Shown piece by piece: positions 7,446-16,603 of a DNA stretch of 23,578 nt. Numbering within the stretch: position 1 is the stretch's first letter; every line of letters begins with the position of its first letter. The notes beneath the pieces are model-generated. The model was not told the origin of the DNA, did not search any database, and saw only the letters and a list, made by a program, of their open reading frames with translations. Source of the stretch: Candidatus Latescibacterota bacterium (GTDB lineage: Bacteria > Latescibacterota > UBA2968 > GCA-2709665); NCBI GenBank assembly GCA_963662665.2, contig CAXXJS010000038.1, positions 1 to 23,578 on the forward strand, written 5' to 3'. Both the position numbers and the translations under genes were made by a program.

Positions 7446-7455
7446 TGCTCGGCCA

Positions 7456-8217
7456 TTAGCTTTTTTCTAAGCGCTTCTCGAAAAATGTCCTTACGTCCGC
7501 GAGTTGCTTCGCGTAGAAGACGGCGTCTTCGTTGCCGCGGGAATCGAGCGCGGCAACCGCAGTATCGAATTCCGATTCGCCGGTTTCGTTGTCGCCCGAG
7601 AGGATTTTCGTCAGCCCGACGTAGCCTTCGAGCATGGTCTGCTGATCGGGATTGCCGCCGGCCGAAGCGCTGTAGTCGCTGGCCGACCCAAATACCGACA
7701 GCGCCTCCATGTACGACCCCTCGGCGATCAGATGGGCGCCAAGAAACCAGTACGTAAAGGCGAGTTGAGCGTCAGTCGGTTCCAGTTCATGCAGTTGCCG
7801 GACGCTGTACCGTGCGAAGGCGGTTCCGTGCCGCATCTGCTCGGGCGAAATTTCAACGCCCGGTTCGTCCCAGCCGATCCACGTGAAGGACGCGGCGTTG
7901 GTTGCCATCCTCTTGGCGGCGAATCGGAGCTCCCTCGCGGCGGCGGCGTCAATGCCGTCGCCCGCGCACGCCTTAAAAAGGCAATAGTGGATGCCTGCAT
8001 TCGCGAAGTGTATCACCTGCTCCGTAGAATTCGCTTTCCAATAACAGTCGAGCAGGAGGTTTTCAAAGACCTTGACCACTTTCAACTCATCCGCAAGTCC
8101 GAGCACAAATTCGCTGGCGGCGTAGAGGTCCTTCTCTGCGGCCAGAGATTGGACCGTCTCGAAAATCTCCTCGCGCGTCACGGGATCCCGCCTTTGCATG
8201 CAATCACAGTCAATCAT
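7456..8217 (-). CDS. Hypothetical all-helical (TPR-like) protein
   Basis: 253-aa ORF 22 nt downstream of polX; helical-repeat pattern (WFLGAHLIAEGSYMEALSVF); exact start uncertain. Confidence 0.7.
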   Translation of the reverse strand: MIDCDCMQRRDPVTREEIFETVQSLAAEKDLYAASEFVLGLADELKVVKVFENLLLDCYWKANSTEQVIHFANAGIHYCLFKACAGDGIDAAAARELRFAAKRMATNAASFTWIGWDEPGVEISPEQMRHGTAFARYSVRQLHELEPTDAQLAFTYWFLGAHLIAEGSYMEALSVFGSASDYSASAGGNPDQQTMLEGYVGLTKILSGDNETGESEFDTAVAALDSRGNEDAVFYAKQLADVRTFFEKRLEKS

Positions 8218-8239
8218 TCCCTGAACGACAGCCCATCAC

Positions 8240-9952
8240 TTAGTCACTCTTAATTACGGTCAGAAAATCATCCACGGTCATCGTGTTCAGGACGTCCGCA
8301 GGCGTCAGTCCGCCCTTCCGGCCAACGCCCAGGCCGTACTTCATCTGCTCCAACCCCTCGACGCTGTGGGCATCCGTGTTGATTGCAATCTTCACGCCCT
8401 TTTCCCTGGCGTATCCGATATGCCGCCAGTCCATATCCAGCCGTCGCGGATTGGCGTTCAGCTCTATGGACGTATTGGCCTCGGCCGCGGCGTCGATGAC
8501 GGCGCGGTGGTCCAGCGGGTAACCCTCGCGCGAAAGCAGCAATCGACCCGTGGGATGCCCGAGGATGTCCACGTGGGGATTCTGCACCGCCCGTACGATC
8601 CGATCGGTCGCTTCAGCCTCAATCATGCCGAACCTGGAATGCACGGACGCCACGACAACGTCGAACTCCGACAGGAATTCATCCTCGAAATCCAGCCGCC
8701 CGTCGCCCAGAATATCTACCTCGATTCCCTTCAACACCCGGATGCCATCGAGTTCGGCGTTCACGCTGTCGATTTCCTCCCACTGGGCGCGGACCCGGTC
8801 CTCGGTGAGACCGTTCGCATAGGCTGCCGCCTTGCTGTGGTCGCATATCCCGATGTATCCGTAACCCAGTTGGGCCGCTGCGCTCGCCATTTCCATCACG
8901 TCCGCCCTGCCGTCGCTGTGCCGGGTGTGCACGTGCAGCGTCCCTCGCAGGTCCGCGCGTGACACCAGCGCTGGCAGCGCCCCTGCCTCCGCCAGTCGAA
9001 TCTCGCCTCCTCCCTCACGAAGTTCCGGAGGGATTTCGGACAGACCCAGCACTTCGAACAGCGCGGGCTCGTCGGCACACGGGATTCGACGTTCGCCGTC
9101 GAATAGACCGTTCTCGTCCAACTTCAGTCCCAATTCGGACGCTTTGGCGCGCACTTGCGCGACGTGCGCCTCGCTGCCCGTAACGTGATGCAGTGCGGTC
9201 GCAAACGCTTCCTCCGCCACGAGCCACAGGTTCACACGCATGCCGGACTGCAACATTACACTCAACCGCGTCTCACCCTTTTCCACAACTTCGTCCACTT
9301 CTCCGTACCGTACCAGTGCGTCGGCCAGTCCGTCCGGATCCTTCGTGCTGGCGACAAGTTCCAGTTCCTTATGCGTTTCGCTACGGCGCCTTACGCTTCC
9401 GGCCACGGCGAGCCGTTCAACGCCTGCCTGGTCGTCCAGAAACGCCCGAACCCCCTCCGCCCCTTCGCGAGCGTTATTGCACAGAAATTGCCCCCGGTGC
9501 TTCTGCATGTATTGAATTCCGTGGGCGATCCGTTCGGCGGTCTTCCGGCCGAATCCGCTCATCGCCTCCAGATCGCCGGAGTCGCAGGCTCTGGAGAGCG
9601 CATCAATGTCCACGATGCCCAGTTCTTCATAAATCGCTCGCACTCTCTTGGCGCCGAGACCCGGTATTTCGGTCATTTCCATCAAACCTTCGGGGACGGA
9701 CGACTTCAATTCCTCCAGTCCTGGCAGACAGCCGGTCTCCACGAGTTCGCCGATCCGCCCCGAGAGTCCCTTCCCGATGCCCCGGACCGAGTCCAGCTTG
9801 CCCTCGGACGCCAGCGCCGCCACCGGTTCCCCGAGGGAATCGATTGCCCGGGCGGCGTTGGCGTACGCGCGGATGCGAAAACCGCCCTCGCCGTTCAACT
9901 CCATCAACATCGCCATCTCTTCCAGAATTTCCGAAACCTCCCGGTTGTCCAT
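8240..9952 (-). CDS. polX: PolX family protein with C-terminal PHP domain (non-canonical polymerase site)
   Basis: FRIRAYANAA, HhH motifs GIGKG/GLGAK/GFGRK, AGSVRR, TGS; PHP motifs LHVHT.HSDG, DHS, GIEVDI, SVHS, GHPTGR, ELNANPRRLD, NTDAH. Confidence 0.95.
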   Translation of the reverse strand: MDNREVSEILEEMAMLMELNGEGGFRIRAYANAARAIDSLGEPVAALASEGKLDSVRGIGKGLSGRIGELVETGCLPGLEELKSSVPEGLMEMTEIPGLGAKRVRAIYEELGIVDIDALSRACDSGDLEAMSGFGRKTAERIAHGIQYMQKHRGQFLCNNAREGAEGVRAFLDDQAGVERLAVAGSVRRRSETHKELELVASTKDPDGLADALVRYGEVDEVVEKGETRLSVMLQSGMRVNLWLVAEEAFATALHHVTGSEAHVAQVRAKASELGLKLDENGLFDGERRIPCADEPALFEVLGLSEIPPELREGGGEIRLAEAGALPALVSRADLRGTLHVHTRHSDGRADVMEMASAAAQLGYGYIGICDHSKAAAYANGLTEDRVRAQWEEIDSVNAELDGIRVLKGIEVDILGDGRLDFEDEFLSEFDVVVASVHSRFGMIEAEATDRIVRAVQNPHVDILGHPTGRLLLSREGYPLDHRAVIDAAAEANTSIELNANPRRLDMDWRHIGYAREKGVKIAINTDAHSVEGLEQMKYGLGVGRKGGLTPADVLNTMTVDDFLTVIKSD

Positions 9953-10072
9953 AACGCCTCCGTGTTCAGCTTGCAGGCTTGCTCATGGGGTGCAGCCGCT
10001 CGCGCTTGGGAACTCACCAGAAATTCTAAAACAGCTTCCTGACGGCGCCCCGCTGCTTCCCGGCGGGACAGT

Positions 10073-10651
10073 CTACTCCGGCGCCGCTACCCGGGTACTT
10101 CCCACGTCATCCAGCAGGCGGTTGTTCTTCTGGATATAGATAGGCGTGAGGGCAAATGCGATCATATTCACCAGAAGGCTCAGGATCGCAAGGACCTCGT
10201 GCAGGATTTGATAAAACGTCCGGCCCCCTTCGCCGCCGCTCCACAGCAGGTCAGCGTGCGCGCCGCCGCCGATCATCGCGGCAACCATGATCAGCAGAAT
10301 ACCGAACGTCAGCAGGTAGAAAAAACTGCCTTTAAACGCGCGGGCGCGGGCCAGAAACTCCGGATCCAGACCACGCTCCCGAACCTCGGCCTTGATGGCC
10401 GAACCCGTACCCATAAAGTAAAACATCGTTGTCGTCTGCGTGAGGACGGTCAGAAACGCGGCCAGCAGCCCTACTTTCAAATGGGCGCCCACCGAAACCG
10501 CCATCCAGTCGAAGCGGGAGGCGTAACCCATGCCGAAGCTGACCAGCAACAGTGGAATATTCACAACGAGCATGCCCAGAATGGCCGCCTGCATCGTCGT
10601 CGATTTAACGCCTTCTGAAGCACCTGGCCGTTCTGACCCGGTTCCCACCAT
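10073..10651 (-). CDS. Hypothetical four-TM membrane protein
   Basis: Four hydrophobic segments; GGGAGG RBS; promoter upstream. Confidence 0.75.
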   Translation of the reverse strand: MVGTGSERPGASEGVKSTTMQAAILGMLVVNIPLLLVSFGMGYASRFDWMAVSVGAHLKVGLLAAFLTVLTQTTTMFYFMGTGSAIKAEVRERGLDPEFLARARAFKGSFFYLLTFGILLIMVAAMIGGGAHADLLWSGGEGGRTFYQILHEVLAILSLLVNMIAFALTPIYIQKNNRLLDDVGSTRVAAPE

Positions 10652-10776
10652 AGACCTCCCGCCTGTAGATCCAGCGTAGAATGCACGTGGCCGCGACGCA
10701 CCGAAACCGGTGCAAACCTCTCCTGTTTTCAGTGGACATTTGGGTTGCAGGCTTTATTTTCTAGACCGTTCGAAGG

Positions 10777-10805
10777 AATATAGAAAGAGAAGGCAACGCC
10801 GTCAA
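10777..10805 (-). promoter_or_regulatory. Near-consensus sigma70-type promoter for the membrane protein/polX unit
   Basis: Minus strand TTGACG-N17-TATATT. Confidence 0.65.
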
Positions 10806-10837
10806 CTTCCACGCCAGACGCCTCAGGATACCACCCC

Positions 10838-11866
10838 ATGGCGGAAAAGCTGAATGTCGCAATTGCCGGACTGGGACGGGCCGGCTGGTCCAGGCATTTC
10901 AACGACCTCAAGGATGCGCCCGATTTCCAACTCGTCGCCGTTATCGACCCGTTGCCCGATCGTCTCGAGGAGGCGGCCGCTCTTTCCGGCTGCCGGACCT
11001 ACGCGACCGCGAGCGCTTTCTGGAGGAAAGAACGACCCGACGTACTGGTTGTCGCCACGCCCACAAGGCTGCACGAATCGCACGCCCGTCGAGCGCTCCG
11101 CGAAGGCTGTCACGTGATCCTCGAAAAGCCGATGACCACCACCCTCAAGTCGGCCGACCGAATTATCAGCGAAGCGCAACAGCAGGGCCGCCGAGTGCTC
11201 GTCTACCAGCCGCATCGCCTTTCCGCTGAAACGCAAACGCTCAAAGGGATACTCAATAGCGGGATTCTCGGCCCAGTCTACCTCATCCGCCGGTCGCTGA
11301 CACGTTACATGCGCCGAAACGACTGGCAAAGCCTGCGCAAACACGGCGGCGGCATGCTCAACAACTACGGCGCCCACTACCTCGACCAGTTGCTCTACCT
11401 TTCCGACGGCACGCCCGTTGTCGACGTCCGATGCAATCTCTGGGCTATTGCGACGCGCGGAGACGCGGACGACGTGGTTAAAGTCTGGCTGAAGACCGGG
11501 GGCAATCAACTCCTTGATCTGGAAATCAACCACGCGGCTGCACTGCCCGTTGCACCATGGCACATTTGCGGGCGTTACGGAACCCTCGTACAGTCGGAGA
11601 ATGCCTTCCATATCCGACGTTACAACCCCGATCAGGCACCGGAACTGGAAGTGTTCGATGGCGCGGCGCCGGGGCGCAGTTACGACAACCATGATCGGCT
11701 GCCGTGGCAGGAAGAGACGGTGCCGATTCGTACTGAAGCACAACTCGACTTTTACACGAACATCCACGAGACGATTGCGGGAAATGCCGAACCACACGTT
11801 AAAACACACGAATCCCGTGAATTGATCCGGGTCATCGAACAATGCCGGAAACGGTCTGTTTTCTGA
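10838..11866 (+). CDS. Gfo/Idh/MocA family NAD(P)-dependent oxidoreductase
   Basis: VAIAGLGRAG, VATPTRLH, HVILEKPM, GGGMLNNYGAHYLD. Confidence 0.93.
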   Translation: MAEKLNVAIAGLGRAGWSRHFNDLKDAPDFQLVAVIDPLPDRLEEAAALSGCRTYATASAFWRKERPDVLVVATPTRLHESHARRALREGCHVILEKPMTTTLKSADRIISEAQQQGRRVLVYQPHRLSAETQTLKGILNSGILGPVYLIRRSLTRYMRRNDWQSLRKHGGGMLNNYGAHYLDQLLYLSDGTPVVDVRCNLWAIATRGDADDVVKVWLKTGGNQLLDLEINHAAALPVAPWHICGRYGTLVQSENAFHIRRYNPDQAPELEVFDGAAPGRSYDNHDRLPWQEETVPIRTEAQLDFYTNIHETIAGNAEPHVKTHESRELIRVIEQCRKRSVF

Positions 11867-11876
11867 AAGGAGAACG

Positions 11877-12941
11877 ATGCGCAAATCCTCCCGTGCTTTT
11901 CTCGAAGCCATGCTCAATGCGCCCGGCCCATCCGGGTACGAAGGCCCCGTACGTGAAGTCTGGACGGCGGAAACGAAGAAATATGCGGACAAAGTCACGG
12001 TTGACGCGCACGGCAACGCGATTGCGGTCCATAACCCCAAGGGCAGCCCGCGAATCATGCTGGCCGGACACATGGATGAATTGGGGTTCCAGGTCAACCA
12101 TATTGACGACAACGGGTTTATCTACGTCAATACCATTGGCGGCTTCGACACCGGCATCGTCCCGGGCAGGAAGGTTCGCATTCACACCTCATCAGGGGCA
12201 ATTCCCGGTGTTTTCGGCAAGAAGCCGATCCATCTGATGACGGCGGAAGACAGAAAGAAAACGCCCGGGGTCCACGAACTCTGGATCGACATCGGCGCGG
12301 GAGACAACAAGGAGGCCGGAAAGGTCGTCGACGTCGGCGACCCGATCACCTACGATCCCAATTTCGAAATCGTCCGCGGAGATCTGGCCGTCTCCCGCGC
12401 TTTCGACAACAAAATGGGCGCCTACGTGGCGGCGGAAACCCTTCGCTGCGTTGCCCGGTCCGGTAAAACGTCCAGGGCGGCCGTGTTCGCCGTTGCCACC
12501 GTCCAGGAAGAAATCGGCCTGAGGGGCGCGAAAACGAGCGCTTACGGTATAGATCCCGACCTCGGTATCGGCCTGGACGTTGCTTGCGCCACGGATCACC
12601 CCGACGTCGACAAACGTCGTGACGGGGATCTGAAAGTGGGGGCCGGCCCCGTCATCGCTCGTGGAGCCAACATCAATCCGGTTGTCTTCAAGCGCCTCGT
12701 GGCTGCGGCGCAAAAGGCCGATGTGCCGTTTCAGATCGAAGCTGCATCCGGCGGAACCGGGACGGACGCGAACGCCATCCAGCTCACACGCGCCGGCGTG
12801 GCCACGGGCCTTGTCAGCGTGGCGCTGCGTTATATGCACACGCCGGTGGAGATTCTCTCGTTGAAGGACCTGGACCGAACCGTGGCCCTGCTCACCGAAT
12901 TCATCCTGGCAATTTCGCCGAAGACCCGATTCATACCGTAA
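11877..12941 (+). CDS. M42 family metallo-aminopeptidase (FrvX/TET-like)
   Basis: GPSGYE, AGHMDELG, AFDNKMG, VQEEIGLRGA, LDV, GTGTDA, RYMHTPVE. Confidence 0.95.
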   Translation: MRKSSRAFLEAMLNAPGPSGYEGPVREVWTAETKKYADKVTVDAHGNAIAVHNPKGSPRIMLAGHMDELGFQVNHIDDNGFIYVNTIGGFDTGIVPGRKVRIHTSSGAIPGVFGKKPIHLMTAEDRKKTPGVHELWIDIGAGDNKEAGKVVDVGDPITYDPNFEIVRGDLAVSRAFDNKMGAYVAAETLRCVARSGKTSRAAVFAVATVQEEIGLRGAKTSAYGIDPDLGIGLDVACATDHPDVDKRRDGDLKVGAGPVIARGANINPVVFKRLVAAAQKADVPFQIEAASGGTGTDANAIQLTRAGVATGLVSVALRYMHTPVEILSLKDLDRTVALLTEFILAISPKTRFIP

Positions 12942-12964
12942 CGTACCGCAAAGGCGGAGACACA

Positions 12965-13828
12965 ATGAAACTTTCCTGCACGTCGGTCATGCTTCCTCGC
13001 TGGAACCTGGACCGCACCTTCGACAAGCTGGCCGAACACGGGTACGACGGCGTTGAACTGCGCTGTCGTTACAACCCCGCGGACGATGCCGAGGACCCCT
13101 CGTTCTGGGGCCGTCACCTGTCCGACGTCAGCCCGGACAACATCATTCAGAAGGCCGAAGCGATCCGGGCGGCCGAGAGACGGACCGGCATCAAGGTGAT
13201 CGCCCTGGCCCCGAACGTGACGTTGGAAGATACCGAAGTCGTGGAGAAACTGTTCCTGGGCGCCGCCGCGCTTAACCCGGACAACCCGCCCATGATCCGC
13301 ATCGGCGCGCCGAGGCACGACCGGACGCAGCCCTTCTGGCCCCAGTTTCTCAATTCGCGAGCAGGTTTTGCCAACCTCGTCGAAACCGCCCGGGAGTTCA
13401 ACGTCAAGATCCTCTACGAGATTCACGTGGGCACCGTCGCCGTCACCTGCTCACGCGCCATCGAACTGCTGCGCGACCTGGACCCGGACCGAATCGGCGC
13501 CATTTACGACGTTCCGAACATGCTGCGCGTGGGCCTGGAAGACACCAGGATGGGCATGGAACTGCTCGGTCCCTATCTCGCACATTGCCACGTCGGCAAC
13601 GGCAGACCCGTGGTCACCGGGCGCGACGATACCGGCGCCCAGGTCTGGGATTGGGACTTCGCCGACATCCGGGAGGGTATCGCCGACATCGGCCAGATCG
13701 TCCGTGATTTCAAAGACGTCGGCTATTCCGGATACCTTTCGCTGGAAGACTTCGGGCCCGGCGACGACGATGCCAAGGTCGGCGAACAGGGAGCGTATCT
13801 GAGACGGTTGCTTGGGAAGCTGTCTTAA
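12965..13828 (+). CDS. Sugar phosphate isomerase/epimerase (xylose-isomerase-like TIM barrel)
   Basis: GYDGVEL; metal ligands YEIH, YDVPN, HCH, SLED; GYSG. Confidence 0.88.
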   Translation: MKLSCTSVMLPRWNLDRTFDKLAEHGYDGVELRCRYNPADDAEDPSFWGRHLSDVSPDNIIQKAEAIRAAERRTGIKVIALAPNVTLEDTEVVEKLFLGAAALNPDNPPMIRIGAPRHDRTQPFWPQFLNSRAGFANLVETAREFNVKILYEIHVGTVAVTCSRAIELLRDLDPDRIGAIYDVPNMLRVGLEDTRMGMELLGPYLAHCHVGNGRPVVTGRDDTGAQVWDWDFADIREGIADIGQIVRDFKDVGYSGYLSLEDFGPGDDDAKVGEQGAYLRRLLGKLS

Positions 13829-13871
13829 AACCCCCAACGGTCTTCGCCCGGCTGCAAAAGCGCCGGTCTGC

Positions 13872-13935
13872 GTTGGTCGAATCCACCCTTATCTTTAGAT
13901 AGGGGCGGATTCTCCCGCCTTGACCAACACTTTTT
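13872..13935 (+). terminator. Long palindrome/terminator after the oxidoreductase-M42-isomerase unit
   Basis: GAATCCACCCTTATCT-TT-AGATAGGGGCGGATTC (13879-13912) enclosed by GTTGGTC/GACCAAC, followed by a T run. Confidence 0.55.
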
Positions 13936-14060
13936 CGCTCGCGCTCGGGAACTCACCGGGAGTTTTAAGACAACTTCCAGGGCCTGATCGCCATGCGAGA
14001 CTTAAGTTGCGTCCGATAAGAGGTTTATGCCCGCTAACCATAGCGCGAGGAGCGCCATTT

Positions 14061-15317
14061 ATGTCGCAGCATCAGTCCGGTAAACGCCCCATCCGGGTGG
14101 GCATCATCGGCGTGGGCCGTGGGCAGAGCTTCGCCCGTGGCGCAACCGACGCCGTAGGTATGGAACTCGTGGCGCTTTGCGATATCTGGAAGGAGAAGCT
14201 CGAACAGGTAGGTCGGGAATACGGGGTGGCCACGTACACGGACTACGACCGTTTCCTCGAACATGAAATGGACGCTGTCATCCTGGCGAACTACAGCCAC
14301 GAACACGCGCCCTTCGCCATCAAGGCGCTGCAGGCGGAAAAACACGTGATGAGCGAAACCGCAGCGTGCAAGACGCTTGCCGAGGGTGTCGCCCTCTGCC
14401 GGGCGGTGGAAGCCAGCGGCCGGATCTATATGTTCGCTGAAAACTACCCGTTCTCCTCGGCCAACCAGGAGTTGCGCCGCCTCTACCGCAGTGGAGAAAT
14501 CGGAAACGTCACGTACGCCGAAGGGGAATACAACCACGCCGCCGAGGAAAACTGGCGCCTGGGCATCTCACCGGGCCTGGATCACTGGCGCAACTGGATC
14601 CCGCCCACCTACTACTGCAGCCACGCGCTCGCGCCGCTGATGTGCATCACCGGTACCATGCCCGTCTCCGTCAACGCGCTGTCGATCGTTGAAGAGCCCA
14701 CCCAGTCTCCCCACCGCGTGCGCGTGGGCGATCAGGGCGGTCTGATCCTGGTCCGGATGGACAACGGCGCCGTCTTTCGGATTCTGGGCCTGCAGCTCAG
14801 TTCCATCCATCGGGTACGCTATGAAATTCACGGCGAGCGCGGCCTTATCGCCACCGCGGAACCCAACCACTGGGGTTGCGTCCGCGTACACCACGAAGAT
14901 TGGCTGCGCAGCAAGGACCAGTCACTGGACCGCACCTACACGGCGGATTGGCCCGAATTCGGCGATCTCGCACGAAATGCCGGCCACGGAGGCGGGGACT
15001 TCTGGACTAATTTTCACTTCGCCCGCGCCGTCCGATCAGGCCGCCAACCCTATCTGAACGTGTACCGGGGCGTCGGCATGGCCGCCGTAGGCGTGCAGGC
15101 CTGGCGGTCCTGTCTCGAAAGCGGCGCTCCGTTTCCGATTCCCGATTTCCGGCGGAAAACGGCATGCAGGCCCTACGTGGAGGACCACTGGTCGCCCTAC
15201 CCGGAGGACGCCGGCCACGGCCAGCCGCCCCCCAGCACGCGGGGCTACGTGGAACCCGGACCCGACGCCATCCAATCCGCCCGTGAGCGCTGGCGGGGGC
15301 TCGGGTACGACGGCTGA
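14061..15317 (+). CDS. Gfo/Idh/MocA family oxidoreductase, GH109-like subtype
   Basis: ATG 14061 with GAGGAG; IGVGRG, HVMSE, AENY, EGEYNH, YCSH, GHGGGD. Confidence 0.88.
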   Translation: MSQHQSGKRPIRVGIIGVGRGQSFARGATDAVGMELVALCDIWKEKLEQVGREYGVATYTDYDRFLEHEMDAVILANYSHEHAPFAIKALQAEKHVMSETAACKTLAEGVALCRAVEASGRIYMFAENYPFSSANQELRRLYRSGEIGNVTYAEGEYNHAAEENWRLGISPGLDHWRNWIPPTYYCSHALAPLMCITGTMPVSVNALSIVEEPTQSPHRVRVGDQGGLILVRMDNGAVFRILGLQLSSIHRVRYEIHGERGLIATAEPNHWGCVRVHHEDWLRSKDQSLDRTYTADWPEFGDLARNAGHGGGDFWTNFHFARAVRSGRQPYLNVYRGVGMAAVGVQAWRSCLESGAPFPIPDFRRKTACRPYVEDHWSPYPEDAGHGQPPPSTRGYVEPGPDAIQSARERWRGLGYDG

Positions 15318-15440
15318 GGCGGCAGGGCAGTTCCGGGCGCCCGCCCGGCCAACCGGACCGCTCAGTATCCGTGTTTACAGGCGTTATTGCCCGCATCGGC
15401 TCCCTGTTTCCAGTGACCCTTCAAGCTGACCGGAATGGGC

Positions 15441-15469
15441 TTGACTTGCCCGAAATACGAACATAGGTT
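15441..15469 (+). promoter_or_regulatory. Putative sigma70-type promoter
   Basis: TTGACT-N17-TAGGTT upstream of the CtBP-like gene. Confidence 0.5.
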
Positions 15470-15534
15470 GATGTCGCCGAACGGTGACGACCGGCTTCCC
15501 GTCCCACACTCTCTCTCACGCTGCCATATCCGAT

Positions 15535-16551
15535 ATGTCCGGACGCAAATCAGACGTTGTCATCACGGATTTCATCTCAACTCCCGATCTCGAGAGGGAA
15601 ATACTCCGGGACGTTGCCGACGTCCGGGTTCTGAACGCGACACAGGAAGACGAACTCGCGGGCAGGATCGAAACCGCCGACGCCATTATTCCCTACCACT
15701 ATATCGTCATTTCCGCGCTGACCCTGAACCGCCTCATTAATTGCAAAGTCATCGCCCGGGGCGGCGTCGGATTCGACAATGTAGATGTGGCCCGCGCCCG
15801 TGAACTGGGCATTCCGGTCTGCAACGTACCGGACTACGGAACCGAAGACGTGGCCGATGCTGCCGTGGGCATGGCGGTCTCCATGATCCGTGGCGTCCCG
15901 TTCCTCAACTCGCGCCTGCGCGCATCCAGGGGACCCTGGTCGCCCTCCCAGGCGGCGCCCCTGCAACGCATTCGCGGCAGCGTATTTGCCATCGTCGGCC
16001 TGGGGCGCATCGGCACAGCCGCCGCCCTGCGCGCAAAGGCGCTGGGCATGGACGTGTGCTTCTACGATCCGTACAAACCGGACGGATACGCCAAGGCCCT
16101 TGGAATACGTCGCGCGGAAACCCTGGAGGAAACCCTCGCCCAGGCCTTCGCGCTCAGCATCCACTGTCCGCTTTCCAACGAGACCCGCCACCTGGTCAAC
16201 GCCGAAGCCATCGCGCTCATGCCTGAAGGTTCATACCTGGTGAACACTGCCCGTGGCGCAATCGTAGACACGTCGGCGATCCCGGAGGCCGTCGCATCCG
16301 GCCGTCTGGCCGGGGCGGGGATCGACGTATTCGAATGGGAACAACTCAAGGAAGACGATCCGCTTATCGTCGCCTGGCGGAATCCCGACCACCCCGCGCA
16401 CCATCGGGTGCTTCTAACGCCGCACTCCGCATTCTACTCGGAGCAGAGCCTTACTGACCTGCGTACCAGTACCGCCGAAACCTGCAGAAAGGCCCTGCTC
16501 GGCCAGCCGCTCAGAAACATCGTCAACCCTCCGGCAATCGCAGGATTGTAG
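15535..16551 (+). CDS. D-2-hydroxyacid dehydrogenase, CtBP-like
   Basis: RGGVGFDNVD, CNVPDYG, GLGRIG, HCPL, NTARG, DVFEWE, TPHSAFYS; start (ATG 15535 vs GTG 15484) uncertain. Confidence 0.92.
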   Translation: MSGRKSDVVITDFISTPDLEREILRDVADVRVLNATQEDELAGRIETADAIIPYHYIVISALTLNRLINCKVIARGGVGFDNVDVARARELGIPVCNVPDYGTEDVADAAVGMAVSMIRGVPFLNSRLRASRGPWSPSQAAPLQRIRGSVFAIVGLGRIGTAAALRAKALGMDVCFYDPYKPDGYAKALGIRRAETLEETLAQAFALSIHCPLSNETRHLVNAEAIALMPEGSYLVNTARGAIVDTSAIPEAVASGRLAGAGIDVFEWEQLKEDDPLIVAWRNPDHPAHHRVLLTPHSAFYSEQSLTDLRTSTAETCRKALLGQPLRNIVNPPAIAGL

Positions 16552-16603
16552 CCATTAATCCGCAGGGTTTCACGCATCGCCCATTTCTGAAGGCCGGCAC
16601 TCC

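Noticed and set aside
6547-7456. ORFs 6547..6852 and 7076..7456
   Set aside because: Their sequences (PELVEG, HTKTQRH, GSHEGCPY) are translations of the palindromic repeats.
13920-14060. Upstream extension of the second oxidoreductase
   Set aside because: It overlaps the intergenic hairpin; the RBS and Rossmann fold support ATG 14061.
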